Of a DNA stretch of 64,000 nucleotides, positions 1 to 8,330 are shown piece after piece. The stretch is from an uncultured Candidatus Micrarchaeota archaeon (GTDB lineage Archaea > Micrarchaeota > Micrarchaeia > Anstonellales > Bilamarchaeaceae). The stretch is taken from assembly GCA_963714085.1 (NCBI GenBank), contig OY970229.1, positions 832,001 to 896,000 of the forward strand. The letters run 5' to 3'. Each line of letters begins with the position of its first letter. Positions within the stretch are counted from its first letter, which is position 1. The position numbers were made by a program, and so were the translations under genes. The notes under the pieces are model-generated. The model was not told where the DNA came from, made no database searches, and saw nothing but the letters and a program-made list of their open reading frames with translations.

Positions 1-66
1 CGCGCCTGGATGAAGGGGCGTGGATACAAAAGGATCGAAGAGCTCGTCGGTGTTGCCCATGAGTGA
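1..66 (+). CDS. pyrD: C-terminal fragment of probable dihydroorotate dehydrogenase catalytic subunit (window edge)
   Basis: Frame 1 reads RAWMKGRGYKRIEELVGVAHE*, resembling family-1B PyrD C-termini; overlaps the pyrK start. Confidence 0.6.
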   Translation, partial: RAWMKGRGYKRIEELVGVAHE

Positions 67-868
67 GACGTTCCAGCAAAAGGTCCCGATGCAGACCGCC
101 AGGGTCGGCAGGGTGTCGGTGGAGAGCGGCAAAGTCAAGACCATAGAGCTGGACACGCGCCTCGTGTGCGAGCCGGGCCAGTTCCTCATGGTGTGGGCGC
201 CAGGCGTAGGCGAGAGGCCGATGTCCATAGCGAACAACGACCCGCTCACCATCTCGGTCGCCAACGTGGGGAAGGTCAGCTCGGAGTTGCACAGGCTGAA
301 GCCCGGTTCGCTCCTCTCCTTCAGGGGGCCGCTCGGCAACGGTTTCAAGGTCCAGGACAAATGGAAGCGCATACTCGTGGTGGGAGGCGGTTACGGCGTC
401 GCCCCGCTCTACTTCCTCGCGAAGATGGCCACCTCGAACGACGTCGAGACGCTGGCCGTCGTCGGGGCGCGCAGCGCCAAGGACATCATCTACGAGGACA
501 AGCTCTACCTGGTCACCGCGGAAACCTTCGTGACGACCGATGACGGCTCCAAGGGCGCGAAGGGGAGCGTGATGGTGGAGGTCGGGCGGCTGCTCGCTGA
601 CAGGAAACGCAGGCCCGCGGCGGTGTTCGCCTGCGGCCCGGAGCGCATGATGCTCGCTATCGCGAGGCTGTGTATGAAGCACGATATCCCGTGCCAGCTC
701 TCCCTAGAGCGCCACATGAAGTGCGGGCTCGGAGTGTGCGGCTCCTGCGACCTGGGCGGCAGGAGCGTGTGCAGGGACGGCCCGGTGTTCGACGCGCTCG
801 AGGCTCTCGCGATAAAGGAGTTCGGGGAAACTAAAAGAGACGCGAGCGGCGCGCGGAAGAGCATCTGA
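59..868 (+). CDS. pyrK: Dihydroorotate dehydrogenase electron transfer subunit
   Basis: PGQFLM, RPMSI, GPLGNGF, GGGYGVAP, CGP, and 2Fe-2S motif CGLGVCGSC...C; ATG 59 overlaps the upstream gene's end. Confidence 0.92.
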   Translation: MSETFQQKVPMQTARVGRVSVESGKVKTIELDTRLVCEPGQFLMVWAPGVGERPMSIANNDPLTISVANVGKVSSELHRLKPGSLLSFRGPLGNGFKVQDKWKRILVVGGGYGVAPLYFLAKMATSNDVETLAVVGARSAKDIIYEDKLYLVTAETFVTTDDGSKGAKGSVMVEVGRLLADRKRRPAAVFACGPERMMLAIARLCMKHDIPCQLSLERHMKCGLGVCGSCDLGGRSVCRDGPVFDALEALAIKEFGETKRDASGARKSI

Positions 869-926
869 TCGTTTAGACGCGTCGATCTCAAAACAGTTTA
901 TAAAATCTGGCAGGCCAATGGGCACC

Positions 927-1841
927 ATGGAGCTGGTCCATAGTAAAGGATACAGGATGTACAAAGTTTCTGAAGAAAGTATGCCCCGCAACTCATATAT
1001 CATCTGCTCAAGGCATGCCAGCGGCGTGCTCTACCAGCCCCAGATCGCGGGCAAGGAGCTCCAGGACAGGATGGAGAAGGTGGCCGAGGTTTTCTTGGAC
1101 GCTATCGGAAGTACCACGGTCGACGGCAAGAAGGCCAGCCAGGTGACTGAGCTGATTTTCCTTTCCGGCGGACTATATTACCAGCTTAACCACGGCTTCA
1201 AGGAGAGGTACGGCAAGGCGCTCCAGCAGTGCTTCCTCGGGATAAAAAGGCAGCGGCTGGAGGACGGCACGTTCACCGCGGCGGCCACGTATGACAATTT
1301 CGAATCCCTTCCGGACAACGCAACGGTCATAATCGGGGACACGACCGCGACCGGAGCCACGCTCCGGATAGGGATAGGCCGCCTGCTGGACGCCTTCGAA
1401 GAGAAGAAACGCAAGCCCGAGAACCTGGTCGTGTGCTCTCTCGCCTGCTCTGTGGACGGGGCGCGGCTCATGAAGGAGCTGGAGGGGATGATAGGGCGGC
1501 GCTTCCCAGGAGCCCGGGTCCACCTTTTCGTGGCAGAGGAGCTCTTCCACCTCATGCCGGACGGGACCGACCTGAGATTCCTCTACGACGACTGCGTGAT
1601 GCCGGATGAGACGCGGGCCAGGATACTCAAAACATACGGGGAATACCTAGGGAAGAATATGAAGTGCGCGGTCTTCGACTGGGGCACGCGGTGCAAGAAC
1701 CCCGTGGCGCACTACCATGATTTCCTGGGGTTCGCTGACGGGATGCTCGAGAAAAGGCTTGACACGAAGAGCAGGGCGGTCCTGGAAAAGATGAGGGCCG
1801 AAGCAAAGCGGGCGCTCGCTGATTTCGACAGCCCGCTATAG
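927..1841 (+). CDS. Type I phosphoribosyltransferase-like protein (possibly uracil PRTase-related)
   Basis: PRPP-loop-like VIIGDTTATGATL; follows pyrD-pyrK; TATA-like TTTATAAA near 897; start 918/927/957 uncertain. Confidence 0.55.
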   Translation: MELVHSKGYRMYKVSEESMPRNSYIICSRHASGVLYQPQIAGKELQDRMEKVAEVFLDAIGSTTVDGKKASQVTELIFLSGGLYYQLNHGFKERYGKALQQCFLGIKRQRLEDGTFTAAATYDNFESLPDNATVIIGDTTATGATLRIGIGRLLDAFEEKKRKPENLVVCSLACSVDGARLMKELEGMIGRRFPGARVHLFVAEELFHLMPDGTDLRFLYDDCVMPDETRARILKTYGEYLGKNMKCAVFDWGTRCKNPVAHYHDFLGFADGMLEKRLDTKSRAVLEKMRAEAKRALADFDSPL

Positions 1842-1864
1842 GGCGCATGGACATGGCCTTGCGG

Positions 1865-2521
1865 CTAGAAGCTGTCTTGGAGGTCTCTGAGCAGTTTCCT
1901 GTTTTCCGACATCACTATCGTGAAACCGTTCCTCTCGCTGACTTCGACATACAACTGCATGCCCGGTTTTCTGAATAGCTGCACCCTCACGCCCTCATCA
2001 CGGTATTCATCCTCTTTCTGGTATCCTATGTCGGCCAATTTCCTGGAAACGACTTCAAAAGGGGCGTTAAACCGAAGCTCTTTTTCGCTGATGGCTGTGA
2101 CGGACGCGCCTTTCGCTGGAGCGGCTTCTACGACGCGGGCCGGGACGGCAGAGATCTTTTTTGGCTCCGGCGCGGGGATTTTGTCCGGGGCTTTGGGTCT
2201 GTACTCCGCCAGTGTGAGATTTTCATCCACGCCCTTTTTTATCTCTGCAAGCAACCCGGGGTCGGACGAATGCACTATGATCTTGTCCTTCAATACAGTG
2301 ACTTCTATTTTTTTGCTGAGATCGAATGCGCCGTCTGGGTGCGGGAACCTGTTCATGGGCTCGCCGGGTTTCAGCCTCGCATAGATCTGAACCGTGCTAT
2401 TTCCACGGATCTCGGCGTTGAACTCGTCGTAACCGATGTTGTTCAGCCTCTTGAATAGTTCAGCCGGGCCGATGCTGAATTCTATTTTTTTGGGTTTGGT
2501 AGACGAAAAAGCTTCGGTCAT
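1865..2521 (-). CDS. Hypothetical protein
   Basis: 218-aa ORF filling the intergenic space with an upstream TATA-like sequence; no recognised motif. Confidence 0.6.
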   Translation of the reverse strand: MTEAFSSTKPKKIEFSIGPAELFKRLNNIGYDEFNAEIRGNSTVQIYARLKPGEPMNRFPHPDGAFDLSKKIEVTVLKDKIIVHSSDPGLLAEIKKGVDENLTLAEYRPKAPDKIPAPEPKKISAVPARVVEAAPAKGASVTAISEKELRFNAPFEVVSRKLADIGYQKEDEYRDEGVRVQLFRKPGMQLYVEVSERNGFTIVMSENRKLLRDLQDSF

Positions 2522-2596
2522 ATGCGGGATTATGCGGCTAGCTTTATAAAAACAGCACGACCACCAAAAGAAACACCGCGCGTCAATAAGTCATTT

Positions 2597-2630
2597 TACC
2601 AGTTTTTTAGTAAATACTAATTTATAGGTA
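2597..2630. promoter_or_regulatory. Tandem imperfect palindromes, candidate RbkR operator over the rib promoter
   Basis: TACCAGTTTTTTAGTA (2597-2612) and TACTAATTTATAGGTA (2615-2630) directly upstream of ribB, overlapping TATA-like TTTATA. Confidence 0.5.
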
Positions 2631-2648
2631 GACCTTCAATATGGAGCC

Positions 2649-3305
2649 ATGGACGAATCGGCAGCCGCAGCGGCGGGTTTGAGGAAGGGCGGTTTCGTGC
2701 TGATATACGACGGCGACGAGCGGGAGGGCGAGGCTGACCTCTGCTTCCACGCCTCTTTCGCTGCCCCGGAGCGCATCCAGAGGCTCAGGAAGGACGCGGG
2801 CGGCCTCATCTGCCTCGCCTTGGAAGGAAAAATCGCCAAAAAGCTCAGCCTGCCGTTCTACAGCGACATACTGACGGCATCCAAGCACCCGCTCGCGGCC
2901 ATGGACTGCAAAAAGGCTGCCTACGGGGACAAGCCAGCGTTCGCCATCCCTGTGAACCACAAGAAGGTCTACACCGGGATAACGGACAACGACCGCTCGC
3001 TCACCATAAAGAGTGTTGCCGAGCTGGTGGAAAGCGGGATGGACAAGACACACATGACGAAGAGATTCATAACGGACTTCTATTCGCCCGGGCACGTGTT
3101 CCTGCTCATCGGCCGCGGCATAGAGAACAGGCACGGCCACACCGAGCTCACCCTGGAGCTGGCGAGGCGCGCTGGCATGAGCGGCGCCATGGTGCTGTGC
3201 GAGATGCTCGGCTCGGGGAAGGCGCTGGCAAAGAGCAGCGCCAGGCAGTACGCAAAGAAGAACGGATTCGCGTTTTTGGAGGGAAGACAGCTATGGCCAA
3301 AATAG
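2649..3305 (+). CDS. ribB: 3,4-dihydroxy-2-butanone-4-phosphate synthase
   Basis: YDGDEREGEADL, GGLIC, TGITDNDRSLT, FYSPGHV, RHGHTE, LCEML. Confidence 0.95.
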   Translation: MDESAAAAAGLRKGGFVLIYDGDEREGEADLCFHASFAAPERIQRLRKDAGGLICLALEGKIAKKLSLPFYSDILTASKHPLAAMDCKKAAYGDKPAFAIPVNHKKVYTGITDNDRSLTIKSVAELVESGMDKTHMTKRFITDFYSPGHVFLLIGRGIENRHGHTELTLELARRAGMSGAMVLCEMLGSGKALAKSSARQYAKKNGFAFLEGRQLWPK

Positions 3306-4177
3306 GGATAGTCGACACGATGTTCAGCCGCGTGGACATGGGCTCCATGGCGATTGACGAGATAAGGAGGAATTACCATGACGTCGAGCTCCTGCGCAGG
3401 ACCGTGCCAGGGGTGAAGGACCTGCCTGTGGAATGCAAGCGGCTCCTTGATTCGGGATGCGACTCCTGCATGGCCATAGGCATGGTCGGGGGCGCCCCTG
3501 TGGACCAGGTGTGCGCCCACGAGGCCAGCCAAGGCATACAGCAGGTCAAGCTGCTCACAGGAAAGCACGTCATAGAGGTCTTTGTGCACGAGAACGAGGC
3601 ATGGAGCGGGAGGGAGTTCCGCGAAATCTGCGAGAACCGCGTGAGGAAGCACGCGCACAACGCCGTGCTGCTGGTCACGAAGCCCGAGGAGCTGACCAAG
3701 CTGGCGGGAAAGGGCGTGCGACAGGGGAAGGAGGACGAGGGGCCGGTGGAGAGCGGGGCCAGGCCTGTGCGCGTCGCCATCGTCGTCGCGGAGTTCAACC
3801 GCGAGATAACCGAGGTCATGGAGGACAAGGCCCTGGAGACCATAAAGGGGCTGGACGATGCCGAATTCGCGGGCAAGACGCTCGTGGCGGGGGCGTTCGA
3901 GATACCGCTCGCAGCGAAGAAGCTGCTCATGGACAAGGGGGTGGACGCGGTCGTCGCCCTGGGCGCGGTGGTCAAGGGCGACACCGGCCATGACGAGGTC
4001 ATAGTGAAGAACACCGCCAGGCAGCTCGGGGACCTGGCCCTGGAATACCGCAAGCCCGTGGGCCTGGGGATAATCGGGCATGACGCAGAGTATGACGCTG
4101 CCGAGGAGCGGGCCGAGGAATACGCCGAGCGCGCGGTGAAGGCCGCCGTGGACCTTGCGAAGGTGCTGCGCCAATGA
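3293..4177 (+). CDS. ribC-ribH: Fusion of archaeal-type riboflavin synthase (N-terminal) and lumazine synthase (C-terminal)
   Basis: N half: KIGIVDTMFSRVDMG, TVPGVKDLPV, IEVFVHENEA, AGKGVRQGKEDEGP. C half: VAIVVAEFN, GAFEIP, LGAVVKGDTGHDEV, KPVGLGIIG. No stop between halves. Confidence 0.88.
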   Translation: MAKIGIVDTMFSRVDMGSMAIDEIRRNYHDVELLRRTVPGVKDLPVECKRLLDSGCDSCMAIGMVGGAPVDQVCAHEASQGIQQVKLLTGKHVIEVFVHENEAWSGREFREICENRVRKHAHNAVLLVTKPEELTKLAGKGVRQGKEDEGPVESGARPVRVAIVVAEFNREITEVMEDKALETIKGLDDAEFAGKTLVAGAFEIPLAAKKLLMDKGVDAVVALGAVVKGDTGHDEVIVKNTARQLGDLALEYRKPVGLGIIGHDAEYDAAEERAEEYAERAVKAAVDLAKVLRQ

Positions 4178-4758
4178 CAGTGAAGCACGTCGCCGAGGCG
4201 TTCCTGCCCACCAGGCACGGAAGGTTCATGGTGCATGCCTTCGTGGACGACGAGGGTAGGGAGCACGTGGCGCTGGTGAGGTGCGACCACAAGGCCCATG
4301 GCTCCATGCCGGTGCGCGTGCACTCGCGCTGCCTGACCGGAGACACGCTCACATCAATGAGGTGCGACTGCAGGGACCAGCTGGAGGCGGCGATGTCGTA
4401 TCTGGAGAAGAGGGAGTGCGGCATCCTGATATACTTGGACCAGGAGGGCCGCGGCATAGGGCTTTCCAACAAGATAAAAGCCTACGCGCTGCAGGACAAG
4501 GGCATGGACACCGTGGAGGCGAACGCCCACCTGGGGTTCGGCGAGGACCTCAGGGATTATGACGTCGCCGCTGACATACTGAAGTATTTCGGCGTCAGGG
4601 AGATAGTGCTGCTCACGAACAACCCGCACAAGATCGCGGACCTGGAGATGCACGGCATAAGGGTGCTCGAGAGGATACCGCTGCTCACGAAGCCGAACAG
4701 GTACAACAGGGGCTACCTTGAGACGAAGAAGAGGAAGATGAATCATATGCTGGGGTGA
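4174..4758 (+). CDS. ribA: GTP cyclohydrolase II (bacterial type)
   Basis: VRVHSRCLTGD, RCDCRDQL, QEGRGIGL, LLTNNP; ATGA overlap with the upstream gene. Confidence 0.95.
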   Translation: MTVKHVAEAFLPTRHGRFMVHAFVDDEGREHVALVRCDHKAHGSMPVRVHSRCLTGDTLTSMRCDCRDQLEAAMSYLEKRECGILIYLDQEGRGIGLSNKIKAYALQDKGMDTVEANAHLGFGEDLRDYDVAADILKYFGVREIVLLTNNPHKIADLEMHGIRVLERIPLLTKPNRYNRGYLETKKRKMNHMLG

Positions 4759-5849
4759 TGGACATGGGAGACAGCGAAAGGTACATGCGCCTCGCGCTCG
4801 AACTCGCGAAGAAGGGGAGGACGAGCCCGAACCCCAAGGTCGGCTGCGTCATAGTGAAGGGGAATAGGGTAATCGGCGCCGGCTACCATAGGAAGGCCGG
4901 TCTCCCCCATGCGGAGATAGAGGCGCTTGCAGACGCGAAACGCAAAGGCGACGGCGTGTGCGGCGCCACCATGTATCTCACCCTTGAGCCGTGCTGCAGG
5001 GCCTACGAGGGGAAGCGCACGCCGCCGTGCACCCACGCGATAGCGGCTTCCGGAATCTCGAAACTGGTAGTTGCCATGAGGGACCCGAACCCGAAGGTGG
5101 CTGGCTCCGGAATCGCATTTCTGAGGAAGCGCGGGATCAAGGCCGAGGTCGGGCTCCTGGAAGCCGAGGCGCGCGAGCTGAACGGACCGTACATCAAATG
5201 GATGACGAAACACGTGCCTTACGTCCTGATGAAGATGGCCATGAGCGCGGACGGGAAGACGGCCACGAGGAGCGGGGATTCCAGGTGGGTGAGCGGCGGG
5301 AAGTCAAGGCTGCTCGTCCACCGCATGCGCTCTGAGTCCGATGCCGTGATGGTCGGGGCCGGGACGATCAAGGCCGACGACCCCAGGCTGACGGCGCGGA
5401 TAAGGGGCGCTCACCAGCCGATACGGATAGTAGTGGATTCGGACCTGTGCCTCGACACCAGGGCGGAATTCATGCGGCAGCCGGGCGAGGTCATCATCGC
5501 GGCCGCCGGGACCCCGAGGAAGGAATCAAGGATACTCGAATCGCTCGGAGCCAGGCTTTTGTTCTGCGGGAAGGATGACGTAGACCTCAGGATGCTCATG
5601 CGCAAGCTCGGGAGGATTGGCATCCAGTCCGTGCTCATGGAAGGGGGAAGCGAGCTGAACGGCTCCGCGATCGAAGCCGGGATAGTCGACAGGATATGCT
5701 TCTTCATCGCGCCGAAGATAGTCGGCGGGAAGGAGGCGAAGGGCCCGGTCGGCGGCAGGGGCGTAGGGAAGATGGGCCGGGCGCTGCGGCTCAGGAATAT
5801 GAAAATAGAAAAGATAGATGAGGACTTCCTGCTCACCGCCGATATCTGA
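4755..5849 (+). CDS. ribD: Bifunctional pyrimidine deaminase/reductase
   Basis: PNPKVGC, HAE, TLEPCC...PPC deaminase; K.AMSADGK, GAGTIKADDPRL, VLMEGG reductase; start 4755-4764. Confidence 0.95.
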   Translation: MMDMGDSERYMRLALELAKKGRTSPNPKVGCVIVKGNRVIGAGYHRKAGLPHAEIEALADAKRKGDGVCGATMYLTLEPCCRAYEGKRTPPCTHAIAASGISKLVVAMRDPNPKVAGSGIAFLRKRGIKAEVGLLEAEARELNGPYIKWMTKHVPYVLMKMAMSADGKTATRSGDSRWVSGGKSRLLVHRMRSESDAVMVGAGTIKADDPRLTARIRGAHQPIRIVVDSDLCLDTRAEFMRQPGEVIIAAAGTPRKESRILESLGARLLFCGKDDVDLRMLMRKLGRIGIQSVLMEGGSELNGSAIEAGIVDRICFFIAPKIVGGKEAKGPVGGRGVGKMGRALRLRNMKIEKIDEDFLLTADI

Positions 5850-5862
5850 TTTGATGGCCGGC

Positions 5863-7140
5863 TCAGCCGCCGGTTGCCGCGGCGGGCGGCGCTACGGCGG
5901 TCACGTTGCCGGTGGTGAGGTTCATATATGTCCCGAAGTTACCCACCGCGCGCATAACGAGCCAGCCGTTGCTCTCCACGCTGCCGACCTGGTCCCAGTA
6001 GCTTGCGAAGCCCGCATAGGACAGGGCCTCCGGGGACAGTATGATGGTCGGAACCGCGGTTATGTTGTACTCCTTGACAAGCTGCTTGCCCTGGGTGGAG
6101 TTCAGGTCATAGGTGCTCGTGTTCGTGAACACCATGCCGCCCTGCTGCCGCAGGCTTGCGGATTGCGTGCTCACGTTGTAGCAGCTCGTGCAGCTCAGGT
6201 CGGTGAGCTCGATGAGCGATACCTCGCCCACCACCGCGCCGTTCGTGAGGTTGACGTAGGGCGCGTAGACGTCCCTGTAGACATAGGAGCCGTCCGCTTC
6301 CACCGTACCTACGTTGGACCACGCCTTCGCGAGCGTCGAGTAGGCTCCGGCGTCCGGCGAGAGTATCATCGCCGGGACCTTGGAGATGTTGTACTCCGCC
6401 ACGAGCGCCCGGCCTTGCGACGAATTGTAGCCATAGCTGGTGACGCTTCCGACGCGCATGCCTATCTGCGCTCCGGAGAGCATGTCCACCATGTCGGAGA
6501 TGTTGAAGCAGTCGGCGCAGGATGGCGCGGTCACTTCCGTGACATTCACGATGCCCACCACCCTGTTGCTTGACAGGCTATAGTAGGGCGGATAGACGTT
6601 CGTGTATACCAGGGCACCATCCGGTTCTACCGAGCCGATGTTGGACCATCCTGACATGAGGTTCGCGGACGCGTTCGTGTCCCCGGTTATGACCATGGTG
6701 GGCACCGCATCCAGCGAGTATTTCGAGATCAGGGCCGCGCCTTCCGGTGAGGAGGCGTCGAACACGGTCACGTTGCTGATGACAACCCCGAGCTGCGAGG
6801 AATCCGCCTCCAGCGTCGAAAGGAGGAGGTCGGTGGAATTGCACGTGGTGCAGCGGCTGTCGTTTATGACCGTGATCTGGATTGTCGGGGTGACGTTCTG
6901 CTGCGGCACCTGTATCGGAGACACGTTGAAGTTCGGCTGGGACGGCGACGCCGGCTGCTGGGGCGCGAAGACCGCGTAGGCTATGTAGCCTATCACGATG
7001 CCGACAATGACGCATCCGAGAACCAGGAGCAGCATGTTGTTCTTCGGGGCATCGGCACTCCCAGGGGCCGCGGGAACCGGTTTTGCGGTCTCTGAAGGCT
7101 TCTTCACAGGTGGCTTATCGCTCTCTCCCATAGTAATCAT
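5863..7140 (-). CDS. Membrane-anchored extracellular protein with three tandem CxxC thioredoxin-like repeats
   Basis: N-terminal TM helix; repeats carry CTTC, CADC, CTSC, each followed by S..G..L...Y....VP and W..(I/V)G(S/T)VE..G; many N-x-S/T sequons. Confidence 0.7.
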   Translation of the reverse strand: MITMGESDKPPVKKPSETAKPVPAAPGSADAPKNNMLLLVLGCVIVGIVIGYIAYAVFAPQQPASPSQPNFNVSPIQVPQQNVTPTIQITVINDSRCTTCNSTDLLLSTLEADSSQLGVVISNVTVFDASSPEGAALISKYSLDAVPTMVITGDTNASANLMSGWSNIGSVEPDGALVYTNVYPPYYSLSSNRVVGIVNVTEVTAPSCADCFNISDMVDMLSGAQIGMRVGSVTSYGYNSSQGRALVAEYNISKVPAMILSPDAGAYSTLAKAWSNVGTVEADGSYVYRDVYAPYVNLTNGAVVGEVSLIELTDLSCTSCYNVSTQSASLRQQGGMVFTNTSTYDLNSTQGKQLVKEYNITAVPTIILSPEALSYAGFASYWDQVGSVESNGWLVMRAVGNFGTYMNLTTGNVTAVAPPAAATGG

Positions 7141-7240
7141 CTTGGATTAGATAACTTACGAAGCCTTTAAAAACATTTTACCACAGAAGTGCTCGTATAA
7201 ACGTCCACTTATCTTGATGAAAGATTAGTTCTGTGATCGC

Positions 7241-7777
7241 ATGACAGACGCTGCCGATGGGTTCGACACCCTGCAAACGAAGATAAAGGACCTCGAAACG
7301 AGGAAGATGGAGCTCATCGAGCGCATCAAATACCTCACCCGCAGGGTCAGGTACAAGAAGTTCGAACAGAAGGCCCTCGAGCCGTACCTCGAGCAGACCA
7401 AGGGCGTGCAGATCGCGCCGCTGCGCAAGCGCAGGAACATGGTCGAATTCAGGATAGCCACCGCGGCGTACACGCCGAGGATGGAGAAGGAGCTGCTCAA
7501 GGAGGTCAAGAAGCTCGACGAGCAGCTGGCCGGCGTCCGCGAGGTCGAGCGGGCGAGGCGCAAGAAGCAGTACGTGGACCAGGACATCGAGCAGGGCGAG
7601 AAGGAGATGGCCGACATCGAGAACGCGCTCAAGGACATCCGCGAGAAGCTCCGGGTGCTCTACGACGATGCCAAGGCTGCCAGGATGGTCGCCAAGAGAA
7701 GCGCGGTCGCCGCGGCTGCTGCAGAGGAAGACATGGTTGCGCTCGGGGACCTGGCTTTGATCGAGAAAAAGGACTGA
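7241..7777 (+). CDS. Coiled-coil protein
   Basis: E/K/R-rich heptad pattern, host-like codon usage. Confidence 0.7.
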   Translation: MTDAADGFDTLQTKIKDLETRKMELIERIKYLTRRVRYKKFEQKALEPYLEQTKGVQIAPLRKRRNMVEFRIATAAYTPRMEKELLKEVKKLDEQLAGVREVERARRKKQYVDQDIEQGEKEMADIENALKDIREKLRVLYDDAKAARMVAKRSAVAAAAAEEDMVALGDLALIEKKD

Positions 7778-7808
7778 ACCTACTGATTACAAAAAAAAGG
7801 TTTAGGAT

Positions 7809-8066
7809 CTACGGCAGCGCCTTGACTTCCCAGATGAACTTGTCCCTTGTGGTGACCGTCTTTATGCTGAGGTTGATCCGGTAGTCGTTCTCCTTTATAA
7901 CCGCAAGCAGCTTGCGGACTATGTCGTGGTTCACCGGGTCTGTGTTGACCCAGGAGCAGGACTTGCGCGTGACTATGCAGTCCGCGATGACCGGCGCGTC
8001 GTGGGTGGACACCCCGGTCCCCTTTATCTTGGAGAGAATCTCAGCCTCGTTGAATGGTTCGCCCAT
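7809..8066 (-). CDS. Small hypothetical protein
   Basis: 85-aa ORF with TATA-like TTTAAA about 25 nt upstream. Confidence 0.6.
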   Translation of the reverse strand: MGEPFNEAEILSKIKGTGVSTHDAPVIADCIVTRKSCSWVNTDPVNHDIVRKLLAVIKENDYRINLSIKTVTTRDKFIWEVKALP

Positions 8067-8126
8067 AGAAGGATGGATGTACAGAACGGTTTAAATATCA
8101 TGGGCATCGGAACCCCGTATTTTCCC

Positions 8127-8330
8127 AAAACGCCCGAACAGCAGTAGTGAACTACCCATGCCCAAAGGCATGGCTTTCCTGCTTCGTTGAAGATACTTGC
8201 CAGTTATGTTTATGACCAGTAGAGGTCTCTTCTCCGCAGGCTTTACTTCCCGGCGTCCCGCCGGTAGCTCGTTGGAGTATGTTCAGCGCCGCATTGAGGT
8301 CCCTGTGCATGGATGCACCGCAGGCGCAAT
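8127..8330 (-). ncRNA. Predicted omegaRNA/reRNA overlapping the tnpB 3' end; guide about TACTGCTGTTCGGGCG
   Basis: Established TnpB architecture; hairpin and TCAC end visible; 5' boundary is a guess. Confidence 0.5.
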
